Assembly (NCBI GenBank): GCA_963674945.2
Contig: CAXXWQ010000004.1
Location: 2,880,001 to 2,944,000, forward strand
Origin: an uncultured Desulfosarcina sp.
Lineage (GTDB): Bacteria > Desulfobacterota > Desulfobacteria > Desulfobacterales > Desulfosarcinaceae
Length of the DNA stretch: 64,000 nucleotides
Direction of reading: 5' to 3'
The notes under the pieces were generated by a model, which was not told the origin of the DNA, made no database searches, and was given only the letters and a program-made list of their open reading frames with translations. The translations under genes were made by a program, and so were the position numbers. This document shows, piece after piece, positions 18,662 to 28,699 of this stretch. The first letter of the stretch is position 1, and each line of letters begins with the position of its first letter.

Positions 18662-19321
18662 TTAATTCAGCTTAAAGGACATGAACTTGATGGTCTTTTC
18701 CCGGGACCGGGCGGAACTCTCGAAAGCAGAAACCACCTTGCATGCTCCGAGAATGCCGTCAGCGGTTTTATGGAGATCACGATATGCTGCGATAACGCGC
18801 CCCCCCCATCGGTTCACCGATTCGCTGGTATAGTCAAAAAGCTGGTCGCTGTCCGTTTTCAGGTTCACCGTGCCCCCCGGCTTGAGCAGTTTCGCGTACG
18901 CCCTTAGGAAAGGAGGGGCGGACAGACGCAGGTGGCTTGCGCGATGCTTCGGATGGGGATCGGGAAAGGTCAGCCAGATTTCATCGATGGACGCTTTCGA
19001 GAAAAACGATTCGAGGCATTCGATACGGGCCCGGAGAAACTGGACGTTTTCAAGCCCCATGGCAATGGCCTTCTCCGCACCCACGCACAGGCGGTGACTT
19101 TTGCGGTCGACACCGACACAAAGGGAATTGGGATTGGCTGCGGCAAAGGCAAGACTGTGCTCGCCTTTGCCGCAACCCAGTTCGAGCACCCGCTTCATGT
19201 TGTCATACCGGTTATCATGCCAGGGATAGGAACCGGATGAAACAGACGAATGTGATGCTATGACGGTCACATTGGGCAGGTATTTCACGCGTTGGTACTT
19301 TTGGCGTTTGTTTTTCGGCAT
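18662..19321 (-). CDS. trmB: tRNA (guanine-N7)-methyltransferase
   Basis: LELGCGKG, FPDP, LKTD; start taken at MPKNK. Confidence 0.85.
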   Translation of the reverse strand: MPKNKRQKYQRVKYLPNVTVIASHSSVSSGSYPWHDNRYDNMKRVLELGCGKGEHSLAFAAANPNSLCVGVDRKSHRLCVGAEKAIAMGLENVQFLRARIECLESFFSKASIDEIWLTFPDPHPKHRASHLRLSAPPFLRAYAKLLKPGGTVNLKTDSDQLFDYTSESVNRWGGRVIAAYRDLHKTADGILGACKVVSAFESSARSREKTIKFMSFKLN

Positions 19322-19569
19322 GGATGGTTGTATTTTTGTTCGGGACCAATCCCAGACGATTTTGGCCCGAACCGTTTTAGGTTCAACGACAAGTAGAGAT
19401 ATATACGAAAATTCGATTGAAAATGGAACCATCGAGTGTCGGACCGGACAGATCGTTCTTTCTTTGCGGCGTAGTGTCTTCGCTTGAGGAAGAGACACCC
19501 ATAAAAACCATCGATTCAACGAAGGCAGGAAAAAGAGAGACCTTTTTAAAGGTCTCTCGGAAAAACCGT

Positions 19570-20001
19570 ATGAACATACTCAAGATTTTATTTCTCATCC
19601 TCGGCGCCATCTATCTTCTCGTCCCTAGCGATCTGCTGCCTGATTTTCTGGTTGGTTTCGGGTGGATCGATGATATCATCGTGATTGGTTTGCTTTGGTG
19701 GTATTACCGCCGATTCTCGCAACCCCAACGGCCCGTAAATCATTCCGATCGGGGAAGGGATTCGGCGGGAGAGGAAAAACACCGTAAAACAGATTCAGCG
19801 CGCAACAATTCAACGGATCCGTACTCGGTTTTAGGCATAGCCCCGGGAGCCTCCCCCGAAGAGATCAAAAGCGCATACCGCCGCCTCGCCGCCCAGTATC
19901 ATCCGGACAAGGTGCAGCATCTGGGAAAAGAAATTCAGGCCTTGGCCGAAGCACGATTTCGGGAAATTCAACAGGCGTATGATGCGCTTGTTTCTAAGTG
20001 A
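19570..20001 (+). CDS. membrane DUF1232-like plus DnaJ-domain protein
   Basis: YLLVPSDLLPDFLVGFGWIDD; J-domain with HPD motif. Confidence 0.85.
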   Translation: MNILKILFLILGAIYLLVPSDLLPDFLVGFGWIDDIIVIGLLWWYYRRFSQPQRPVNHSDRGRDSAGEEKHRKTDSARNNSTDPYSVLGIAPGASPEEIKSAYRRLAAQYHPDKVQHLGKEIQALAEARFREIQQAYDALVSK

Positions 20002-20006
20002 GAAAA

Positions 20007-20237
20007 GGTTTGATTCTGGCAAAGGTCCGGGCCGATTGCGCCGAGAAGAAATTGGTAATACCTGCCATCTACCATGCCTACCTGCGTTGGCTCTAAACCC
20101 AGAGCATCACCGGCAACATCCTGGGCGCACAATCTGGACCGGATTGTATCCCGAAACAATGGATCGGAATTCTTGAACTGCGCGAACTCATCGTTGAAAT
20201 AGCCACAGATTTGGCAGAGCAGTACCCTCCAAATTAA
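20007..20237 (+). pseudogene. ADP-ribosylglycohydrolase (DraG/ARH family) remnant
   Basis: Manual translation: GLILAKVR...IYHAYLRWL*TQ joined to SITGNILGAQSGPDCIPKQWIGILELRELIVEIATDL..YPPN*; internal TAA 20094-20096. Confidence 0.65.
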
Positions 20238-20325
20238 AAGAATACATACGCCCATATCTGAATATAAAGGTTATCCGTTGCTGTTTTTCTCGAAGGCTGC
20301 AGTGATATGATAAGGAGAACATCCC

Positions 20326-20577
20326 ATGGAAATCCCCATTGGTGTTGAGGTGATTTGCGGGACGGAGGTCTGCGGGCATTCGACCCGCCTTGTGATCAAC
20401 CCGGTAAACGACCAAGAGACCCACCTGGTCGTTGCAGAAAAACACTTCCCGAACACCGAACACCTGGTACCGGTTCGTCAAATCCTCGAATCTACTGCAA
20501 CATCGACCCAGTTACGATGCGGCCCGAAAGAGCTTGCCGGCATGGACCGGAAATGGAAATCATGTAGTTATCGATGA
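20326..20577 (+). pseudogene. probably truncated PRC-barrel-like protein
   Basis: SD AAGGAG; MEIPIGVEVIC..CG..TRLVINP...THLVV...LVP resembles a PRC-barrel N-terminus; runs into the 3' end of the convergent gene. Confidence 0.5.
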
Positions 20578-21654
20578 AGGGGGCCCAGATTGCCAGAACG
20601 GCCGTGCTGCTTTGGCTGTCTGTTCAGGTGCCGTGAACGTGGCCATGTCGCCCAGCATCACCTCGAAGCCGGTAAGGTCACTGCGTACCCATGGTGCATA
20701 GTTGCCACGAACCGTGAGGACAACCCGCAACTCCAGTTCTGTGGATCCGTCGGCAAACAGAAGCAAACCCAAATTATAACCGTTGCGGTCGAGGCTTCGG
20801 TAAAATCGTTGTGCATTCAAAATACCCTGAACCAGGGTTTTCCAGTCATCGTCTTCGAGTTTACGAAAATCGGTTGCTTCCGGCAAAATCCCCCAGATCT
20901 CATAAAAGCCTTCCGGAGCAAAGGCGCAGAGCCACTGCCACGGACCGGTTTTTCCGACAAATCGGCTTTTCGATCGTTGTTCGTGTTTCAAATAATCCGA
21001 AAAAATTCGGGTGCCGAAACGCCGCAGATATTCGGTGGCCCGCTGTTTCAGGTACCGCTGGTGGTTTGACGAGATACGGTCGGCCTGGACCTGTAAATGA
21101 GGGTGGAGCAAAGATCCTCCTGCCGACGGCAGATGATTCTGGGTGATGGCCATGTAAACGGCTGCCGGATCATGGGACAGGACCCGTTTTAAATAATCCC
21201 TGCAATTGAGAAAGCAGTCCGTATAAGATCGATGGCTGGCCGCTGCGATCTCGACGAAATGGTTTTCATCGAAAAGGCTGACCGCAGAATAGCGGCCGTA
21301 TGGATAGAGATTGGGAAACAGCGTCGAACGACCCCTGATCAGGCGGCCTTCAGGACAAAGATCCGGATCGAGCCTCGGCGTATTGGCGGCGATATTTTCA
21401 CGACAGAAAGGGCAATGCGTGTTATCACCGGCAAACGGTGGAGGCATGGGAAGGACACTTGTGCCCGGTTCTTTTTCTTCACTTCGGCTAAATGTGATTC
21501 TACAGCTGCGGCCCGTGATCGGGTGGAAACGGATCTCGAAGGGTCGACATTGGACCTCGCCATTGGGAAGAACGATACGGGAGGAAAAGAGCTCCCGTTG
21601 AAAACAAAGCCCACAGATATCATGTTGGCCATTTTCACAGATTTTTTCCACCAT
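20560..21654 (-). CDS. GalT-like (HIT superfamily) nucleotidyltransferase
   Basis: CPFC, FPNLYPY, AGGSLLHPHLQ (HPH motif). Confidence 0.8.
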   Translation of the reverse strand: MVEKICENGQHDICGLCFQRELFSSRIVLPNGEVQCRPFEIRFHPITGRSCRITFSRSEEKEPGTSVLPMPPPFAGDNTHCPFCRENIAANTPRLDPDLCPEGRLIRGRSTLFPNLYPYGRYSAVSLFDENHFVEIAAASHRSYTDCFLNCRDYLKRVLSHDPAAVYMAITQNHLPSAGGSLLHPHLQVQADRISSNHQRYLKQRATEYLRRFGTRIFSDYLKHEQRSKSRFVGKTGPWQWLCAFAPEGFYEIWGILPEATDFRKLEDDDWKTLVQGILNAQRFYRSLDRNGYNLGLLLFADGSTELELRVVLTVRGNYAPWVRSDLTGFEVMLGDMATFTAPEQTAKAARPFWQSGPPSSITT

Positions 21655-21708
21655 GGGTTTTCCTCCGATACCGGACCGAACGAAAATTTCTTTTTGCGCA
21701 AAGATTGA

Positions 21709-22629
21709 TTATCGTTCCCCTCTTCGATAGGGCTCCCCCAGCATTGCCGGTGCATTGAGCCGCCGACTGTCACGCAAACCGCCCACAAGAAGAACGACCA
21801 AGGTCGCCAGATAAGGCAGCATGGCCAAAAAATTGGGGGAAATGCCCAAGGGTTGCAACAGATATTGAAGGACGAAAATCCCTCCGAAGAGAAAGGCGCC
21901 GAAAATGGCACGTAGGGGATTCCAAAGGGAAAAGATGGTCAGGGCGATAACGATCCAACCACGACCGGCGACCATTCCCTCGATCCATGATTTGCTGTAC
22001 GAAATGGATAGATGGGCGCCGGCCATGGCGGAAAAACCACCGCCGGTAATGATTGCCAAGTAACGAATCCGCGAGACATTGATTCCCTGTGCCTCCGTTG
22101 CTTTCGGATTTTCTCCGGCGGAACGAATGCGGATGCCCAAAAGCGTGTGTTCGAGCACGAACCACGCGCCGATGGCAAGCAGCACAGAAAGGTAGAAAAA
22201 AGGACTATGAGAAAAAAGCACAGGCCCGAACAGGGGAAGATCGGACAGATAGGGAATGGGCATGTCTTGGATCTTCACGGCCAGGGGTTTACCGACGAAG
22301 GGCTTGCCCAGCAAACCGGAAAGGCCCAGTCCCAACATGGCCAGGGCAAGGCCTGAAACCACCTGGTTGGATTGCAGCGTCACGGAGGCGAAAGCATGGA
22401 ACAGGGAAATGGCCATACCGGCGGCGATAGCCACACAAAGGCCAAGCCAAGGATCTCCCGTGTAGTGGGTTACGATAAACGCTGTCACGGCACCAATGGC
22501 CATAACCCCTTCGACACCCAGGTTGAGAATTCCCGATCGCTCACAGATGATTTCTCCGATGGTGCCGATTAAAAGTGGCGTCCCAGCCACAAGCGCTCTT
22601 TGCGCAACGGAAACGATTACATCCGTCAC
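21709..22629 (-). CDS. ABC transporter permease (nucleoside/CUT2 type)
   Basis: ERSGILNLGVEG, SAGENP, AGRGWI. Confidence 0.92.
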   Translation of the reverse strand: MTDVIVSVAQRALVAGTPLLIGTIGEIICERSGILNLGVEGVMAIGAVTAFIVTHYTGDPWLGLCVAIAAGMAISLFHAFASVTLQSNQVVSGLALAMLGLGLSGLLGKPFVGKPLAVKIQDMPIPYLSDLPLFGPVLFSHSPFFYLSVLLAIGAWFVLEHTLLGIRIRSAGENPKATEAQGINVSRIRYLAIITGGGFSAMAGAHLSISYSKSWIEGMVAGRGWIVIALTIFSLWNPLRAIFGAFLFGGIFVLQYLLQPLGISPNFLAMLPYLATLVVLLVGGLRDSRRLNAPAMLGEPYRRGER

Positions 22630-22632
22630 GGA

Positions 22633-23733
22633 TTATCTCCTTTCTCCCCAATAAATCAGGACCGTGTTCTTGGTAAAAAAGTCTCCCATAATCAGGAAGA
22701 AAAGCAGGATTCCATTAAAGATATGAACTGTCGCCGCCGGCAGGCCGAGCGAAATCTGGATGGCATCCCCTCCGACGAGTATGCCAGAGAGGAATATACC
22801 CGAAAAAATAACATACATCGGATTGAGCTTTGCCAACCAGGCAACGATGATGGCCGTAAACCCATAACCGGAGGAGATCGAATCTGGATAACTCAGATAA
22901 TGATGAATCCCTGCCACCTCTCCAACACCGGCCAGTCCGGCCAGTCCGCCGGAAATCGCCATGAAGAGAATCGTGGTTCGCTCGAAATCGACGCCTGCAT
23001 ACTTTGCCGCATAAGGGTTCTCACCCATTACACGAACCTCGTATCCGAACCGGGTATTATAGACAATGATGGTCAAAAGAACTGCGGCGGCAATGGCCAG
23101 AATCAAAGTAACGAAATGGATCCGTGATCCGGGAAGAAGAGAAAGAATCGCAGAACTTGGAAGGTCGTCGGTATAGGGAAAACCAAACTTTTTTGCGCTC
23201 TTCCATGGACCGACGATGAGCAGGGTAAGAAATTCCGCGCAGATGTAATTGAGCATCAGCGTGGAAATCACCTCATTAATGGAAAACCGAAGTTTCAGGA
23301 TTGCCGGAATCATGCCCCAGAACGCACCGCCGATAAAACCGGCGAAGAACATCAAGGGAACGATTGCCGGTGCAGGAAGCGTAGGCCCCCAATTGAGTCC
23401 AACCCAGGTGCCCAGGATGGCCCCCAGGAGAAGCTGGCTTTCCGCTCCGATATTCCAGAATTTCGCCGTAAAGGCCAGCGCCAGGCCTGACCCGATGAGA
23501 ATCAGCGGAATGGCTTTGGTGATCGTCTCTTTAAAGCCGTAAACACTGCCGAAGGATCCTTGGAAAATTTTGATAAAGGCAAATAGCGGGTTCACGCCAC
23601 AAAGGAGAAAAATCATTCCGATGACCAACATGCCGATCGTCAGTGCCGAAACCAATATAAAAAAGGTACCGACTGCAGAAATCCTCTCTCTTTCCGTTAC
23701 CTTACAGTGAAGCATCAGCCTCTTTTCCTTCAC
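22633..23733 (-). CDS. ABC transporter permease (nucleoside/CUT2 type)
   Basis: WNIGAESQ, NEVISTLMLNY, GYGFTAIIVAWL. Confidence 0.92.
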   Translation of the reverse strand: MKEKRLMLHCKVTERERISAVGTFFILVSALTIGMLVIGMIFLLCGVNPLFAFIKIFQGSFGSVYGFKETITKAIPLILIGSGLALAFTAKFWNIGAESQLLLGAILGTWVGLNWGPTLPAPAIVPLMFFAGFIGGAFWGMIPAILKLRFSINEVISTLMLNYICAEFLTLLIVGPWKSAKKFGFPYTDDLPSSAILSLLPGSRIHFVTLILAIAAAVLLTIIVYNTRFGYEVRVMGENPYAAKYAGVDFERTTILFMAISGGLAGLAGVGEVAGIHHYLSYPDSISSGYGFTAIIVAWLAKLNPMYVIFSGIFLSGILVGGDAIQISLGLPAATVHIFNGILLFFLIMGDFFTKNTVLIYWGERR

Positions 23734-25246
23734 CGATACTTTTTGTTCCCGCCATCATCAAGCCGATCTCAGAAATCCGCGGATCATCTGCTTCGAGGGT
23801 TCCCATGAAACGTCCCTGAAAAATAACGGCGACTCGGTCGCATAGCTCGAAGATCTCATCCAAATCCTCGGAAATCAACAGCACTGCGCCACCTTCCGAT
23901 CTTCTCGTAAGGAGCTGATTCCGCAAATACTCCGTTGCCCCCACATCCAATCCGTAGGTGGGATGAGATGCGACCAAGAGGTCCGGCATGTCCGATATCT
24001 CACGACCGAGAATAAGTTTTTGGATATTACCGCCGGACAGATTTTTCGTCTGGATATGAATGGAAGGCGTGGCTACCTGATAGTCCGCAATCAATTTTTG
24101 TGTGTATGTCTTGATCTTATTCCATGCGAGAAATGATTTCTTGGAAAACTTTTTTTGATGGTGTTTTTTTAATATCGCATTTTCGTAAACGGAAAGGTTT
24201 GGTGCGATGCCGAATCGAATCCGTTCCTCCGGAACATGGGAAATGCCGATGTTGTGAATCGTCCTCGGCGTCTGGTTTGTGATATCGATTCCATTGATCC
24301 GAATCTTGCCACGGACGACACGCCGAAGCCCCGTAATCGCCTCGGCCAATTCGCGCTGACCGTTTCCGGACACACCCGCGATACCAAAAATTTCGTTTCT
24401 GTACACATCAAAGGAGACGCCGTCGACGACACGATTTCCCTTGTCTCCGTCGATGTATAAACCCTCTACATCCAACACCTTCTCTTTTCTTGGCAGTTTT
24501 TCTTTGGCAAAGGAAAAAACGACATCCCTTCCGACCATCATGCGGGCCATTTCACGCTTATCCAGGTTTTCGGCATCCGCATGTCCGACGACACGTCCCT
24601 GTCTAAGCACGACAACCCGATCGCATAATTTTTTAATCTCCTCGAGTTTATGGCTGATGAGAATAATCATCCGCCCTTCGTTTCTCATCTTTTCAAAAAT
24701 ATGAAAGAAATCGCGCGTTTCCTGGGGTGTGAGAACGGAAGTCGGTTCGTCGAGAATCAGCAACTCGGCACCATTGACCAGCGCCTTGATGATTTCAACC
24801 CGCTGCTGTTCGCCGGCGGATAGCTGCCAGACCTTTTTATCGGGGTCGATGTTGAAATTGAATTGTTCGGAAAAAGCGCGTATTCGTTCGCGGATTTTAC
24901 GTTGCGGGAAAAGCCCCGGCGCATGAATATATCCCAGGACAATATTTTCGATGACCGAGTGGTTTTGAATCAACATGAAATGCTGATGTACCATGCCGAT
25001 TCCATGGGTGATCGATGCCTTGGGAGAGTCGATGAATATCCGTTTGCCGTCGATCCGGATCTCTCCGCCATCGGGTTGATAAATCCCATACAGGATATTC
25101 ATCAACGTGGTTTTTCCGGCACCGTTTTCTCCCAATAGGCCGAGGATCTCCCCGGATGAGACGTGTAAACGGATTCGGTCATTTGCAACCACACCTTGAA
25201 AGGATTTGGATACATCTACCATTTCAAGGCTTTCAATTTTTCTCAT
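23702..25246 (-). CDS. ABC transporter ATP-binding protein with two NBDs
   Basis: GENGAGKTT, LSAGEQQR, LSGGNIQK. Confidence 0.93.
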   Translation of the reverse strand: MRKIESLEMVDVSKSFQGVVANDRIRLHVSSGEILGLLGENGAGKTTLMNILYGIYQPDGGEIRIDGKRIFIDSPKASITHGIGMVHQHFMLIQNHSVIENIVLGYIHAPGLFPQRKIRERIRAFSEQFNFNIDPDKKVWQLSAGEQQRVEIIKALVNGAELLILDEPTSVLTPQETRDFFHIFEKMRNEGRMIILISHKLEEIKKLCDRVVVLRQGRVVGHADAENLDKREMARMMVGRDVVFSFAKEKLPRKEKVLDVEGLYIDGDKGNRVVDGVSFDVYRNEIFGIAGVSGNGQRELAEAITGLRRVVRGKIRINGIDITNQTPRTIHNIGISHVPEERIRFGIAPNLSVYENAILKKHHQKKFSKKSFLAWNKIKTYTQKLIADYQVATPSIHIQTKNLSGGNIQKLILGREISDMPDLLVASHPTYGLDVGATEYLRNQLLTRRSEGGAVLLISEDLDEIFELCDRVAVIFQGRFMGTLEADDPRISEIGLMMAGTKSIGEGKEADASL

Positions 25247-25353
25247 GGTGATCTTCGTTTCAACACCAAGGGGAGCGGACCGCACTTCGGCTCCCCTTCG
25301 CCAAAAAGGATATCCCTTTTCCTTTGCTCTATAATCGCTACCCCCATGGATGG

Positions 25354-26652
25354 CTATTTTGGAATCGTTCCGACGACATTGTCCACATAGTACATGATCG
25401 ATAGAAGATCTTCTTTGGTGGCTCTTTCACCCGATTTGATCTGAAGCTTTCCAGTATTGTCGGTGATGGGGCCCATATAGGGATCGAAAATGTCGGCTCC
25501 CTCTTTCATCTGCTCATACCGTTTGTACACCAAATCATAGACGGACAGGCTGCCGAAATCCGCGGTGTCCACCGTAACGGCTTTTAAATCCTTTTCGAAC
25601 TTGGGATTGATGGGGTGTTTGAAGTCACCGCCCAAAATGGCCGCCTTTTCGGCAACCAACCACCAGAGATCTTCATTGGTCCAGGTGCCTTGGTGAATAT
25701 CCGACAATATCTTTACGTACATGACACCCCAGTCCACCAGTTGCCCGGACACCACCGAATCCTTTCCATAGGGCTCCATGGGGCTATAATGGCTGAACGT
25801 GTAAATCTGCTTTCCCTTTGCCGTGTGTTCCTGCCCCACCTCGATGACGGCGGGGGTGTCCTCGGTAAAGGCAAGTGCGTCGCAGCCTTCTGCGACAAGG
25901 GCCTCGGCCGCTTCACGGGCCTTATCCGGACCATACCAGGCGTATGTCCATCTCACATGGACCTTGGCTTTCGGATTGACCGCCTTGATCCCCAAGGCGA
26001 AGGCATCGATATGGCGTACCAATTCAGGAATGGGAAACGCCGCAACATAACCGATTTTATCGGTTTTGGTCAGCGCACCGGCCATTACTCCGTTCAGGTA
26101 GTAGGCCTGATACAAATCGGCAAAATAGGTCCCGACGTTCTTTTCCCGTTTAAAACCGGAACAATGCATGAAAAGCTTGTCAGGATACCGTCGGCCCGCC
26201 TTTATGGTTTCATCCATGTACCCAAAGCTTGTTGTAAAAACCACATCGCATTTTTCTTCCTGGATAAAACGATCGATAATTCTGGCCGAATCCGCCTCGG
26301 CAACGGATTCAATATAGACCGTCTTCAACCATGGAAGTTGTTTTTCCGCAAATTTCCGGCCCACATCGTGGGCATGAGACCAGCCATAATCGCCCACCGG
26401 GCCCACATAGATGAACCCGGCTTTCAGCTGTTTTCCGGCAGCCTGTTTTGCCGGCTTTTCCTTGGCGATCGAATTTATTTGAGCGGACAGCATTTCCACC
26501 TGTTTGGAAAGCTCCTCGACCCGCTTTGTTAGGCCATCAACTCTTTTCGCAAGGTCTTTGTCCATATCGCGCTCTGTGCAGGAAATGCCACAAAAAAGAA
26601 AGAGGGACAAAAGCAAAAACAACAAAGTCTTTTTCCTGAACAACGTTTTCAT
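25354..26652 (-). CDS. BMP-family ABC substrate-binding lipoprotein
   Basis: Signal peptide with Cys; FIYVGPVGDYGWSHAHD, TTSFGYM; SD AAGGAG before ATG 26652. Confidence 0.9.
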   Translation of the reverse strand: MKTLFRKKTLLFLLLSLFLFCGISCTERDMDKDLAKRVDGLTKRVEELSKQVEMLSAQINSIAKEKPAKQAAGKQLKAGFIYVGPVGDYGWSHAHDVGRKFAEKQLPWLKTVYIESVAEADSARIIDRFIQEEKCDVVFTTSFGYMDETIKAGRRYPDKLFMHCSGFKREKNVGTYFADLYQAYYLNGVMAGALTKTDKIGYVAAFPIPELVRHIDAFALGIKAVNPKAKVHVRWTYAWYGPDKAREAAEALVAEGCDALAFTEDTPAVIEVGQEHTAKGKQIYTFSHYSPMEPYGKDSVVSGQLVDWGVMYVKILSDIHQGTWTNEDLWWLVAEKAAILGGDFKHPINPKFEKDLKAVTVDTADFGSLSVYDLVYKRYEQMKEGADIFDPYMGPITDNTGKLQIKSGERATKEDLLSIMYYVDNVVGTIPK

Positions 26653-27076
26653 TTTTTTCGCTCCTTCACAATGGTTATGAACTTCATTCTTCGGATCCCG
26701 GAAAAATCTGGTGGCTTGGTCAACCGTGAAGCTGACGCATGGGCACATGCGCATAACAAAATTTTGAATTTGACAAGAACGCATGAAAAAAATAAACATG
26801 CTGACAGAAATACAAGAGATAGCGTTATATGTTTCCCGGGGCGCTCGCTCCTCTTTTTACCATCATCTCTACGACATTCCTTTTCTTTAAGTCAATAGTA
26901 GTACCGGGGAATTGGAAATTTGTAGGAAAGATGCTGATTTTCTCATTATGATCTGTTTACTATTGACTTTATCACGATGTTATGGCTGTTTAAGTGGTTT
27001 ATGCAAATTCACATAGAGCTGGTTCTTTTATTCCAACACCGTCGTTACTACGATAAAATGCTTGATAGGAGGTAAT

Positions 27077-27487
27077 ATGTACGGGTTAGCAGCCATTGAG
27101 CAAGCCAACGGCTGGGCAATGGCAGGCGCAGGCGCCTGTATTGTGCTAAGTGGTTTGGCCGTGCTCTGCTTTCTGATTTCCTTGATCCCTCGCATTACCG
27201 GTGCCTTTGAAAAGAAGGAAACGTTACCTGCAGAACAAACGGCGGCGGTACCCGAAAGCAAAAAAACAATGGTGGAAGAAGAACCCAATGAATTGGATGC
27301 CACGTGTGCATGTTACATGGCGTTGACACAAGATCTGGGTGAGGCGTTTACCCTGGTCGATTTACATAAAAAGTCACGAAGCGCGGGACACCCCGATCCC
27401 CATCTTTCCGTCAATCGTCTCCGACAAGCCGGTCTGCTTGTTTGTGTCGGCGACGAACGATTTGCGTGGAAAACCCCATCCGAATAA
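27077..27487 (+). CDS. OadG-family Na+-translocating decarboxylase subunit
   Basis: Single N-terminal hydrophobic segment, polar linker, SD AGGAGG, directly before the beta subunit. Confidence 0.7.
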   Translation: MYGLAAIEQANGWAMAGAGACIVLSGLAVLCFLISLIPRITGAFEKKETLPAEQTAAVPESKKTMVEEEPNELDATCACYMALTQDLGEAFTLVDLHKKSRSAGHPDPHLSVNRLRQAGLLVCVGDERFAWKTPSE

Positions 27488-27504
27488 AGAAGAGGGAAAT
27501 GTAA

Positions 27505-28632
27505 ATGGATTTATTGTTGCAGTTTCTATCCAACACCGGATACTACCTCGCCGACTTTCGCCATTTTCTGATGTGGGGCGTCGGCATATTTTTCGTTTAT
27601 CTGGCCATCGCAAAACATTACGAACCGCTTTTGCTTCTGCCCATCGGTTTCGGAATTCTTGTGGGAAACGTTCCCTTCTTCAAGGGATTCGGTCTGGGGA
27701 TATACGAACCCAACAGCGTGCTTCATTATTTATACTTCGGCGTGACAACGGGTGTTTATCCCTCTATCGTTTTTTTGGGCTTGGGTGCCATGACCGACTT
27801 CTCGTCACTTCTCGCCCGACCCAAACTGATGCTTCTGGGCGCAGCGGCCCAAATGGGAATCTTCTTCACCCTGCTCAGTGCACTGGCACTTGGATTTCTG
27901 CCCAAGGAAGCGGCTTCCATCGCCATTATCGGTGGCGCGGACGGACCCACTTCCATATTTTTAACAGCCAAACTGGCCCCGCACCTGATCGGTCCCATTG
28001 CCATTGCTGCCTACTCTTACATGGCGCTGATTCCCATCATCCAGCCGCCGATCATGAAACTACTCACAACGAAAAAAGAACGAATGATTCATATGCCGGA
28101 GCCAAGGCCGGTCTCCCGCAAAGAGCTGCTGATTTTTCCCGTGATCGGACTCTTTCTCTGCTGTTTTCTCGCCCCCGCTTCCATTCCCCTGTTGGGAACA
28201 TTCTTCTTCGGCAATATATTGAAGGTTAGCGGCGTGGTCGATCGACTGGCCCAAACGGCCAAGACGGCGATCATCGACACGGCAACCATATTTTTGGGAC
28301 TCACCGTCGGTGCCAGTACCCAGGCGGATGTTTTTCTCACTACGAAATCCGTCGGTATTTTTGCCCTCGGCGCTGTCGCATTCAGCATCGCAACGGCATC
28401 CGGCCTTATTTTCGCAAAAATCATGAACCTCTTTTTGAAAGAGAAAATCAACCCATTGCTCGGTGCAGCCGGCGTATCTGCAGTTCCCGGATCTGCTAGA
28501 GAAGTTCATTTGATGGGACAAAGGGAAGATCCGACGAATTTTCTGCTGATGCATGCCATGGCCTGCAACTCTTCCGGCGTGATCGGTTCCGCCATCTGTG
28601 CCGGTATTCTATGGAGCTTTCTCATCGGTTAA
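27505..28632 (+). CDS. Na+-translocating decarboxylase beta subunit (OadB/GcdB/MmdB family)
   Basis: YEPLLLLPIGFG, IIGGADGPT, AAYSYMAL, GAAGVSAVP. Confidence 0.94.
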   Translation: MDLLLQFLSNTGYYLADFRHFLMWGVGIFFVYLAIAKHYEPLLLLPIGFGILVGNVPFFKGFGLGIYEPNSVLHYLYFGVTTGVYPSIVFLGLGAMTDFSSLLARPKLMLLGAAAQMGIFFTLLSALALGFLPKEAASIAIIGGADGPTSIFLTAKLAPHLIGPIAIAAYSYMALIPIIQPPIMKLLTTKKERMIHMPEPRPVSRKELLIFPVIGLFLCCFLAPASIPLLGTFFFGNILKVSGVVDRLAQTAKTAIIDTATIFLGLTVGASTQADVFLTTKSVGIFALGAVAFSIATASGLIFAKIMNLFLKEKINPLLGAAGVSAVPGSAREVHLMGQREDPTNFLLMHAMACNSSGVIGSAICAGILWSFLIG

Positions 28633-28658
28633 GATACTTCACATTCTCTACTCTCTGG

Positions 28659-28699
28659 AAGCCGTTGTGAACGATTGGTTCTCAACGGCTTTTTTCTTG
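28659..28699 (+). terminator. rho-independent terminator
   Basis: AAGCCGTTG-TGAAC...GTTCT-CAACGGCTT followed by a T-run. Confidence 0.75.

Noticed and set aside
26653..27076. Possible purine riboswitch upstream of the BMP gene
   Set aside because: No purine-riboswitch core sequence found
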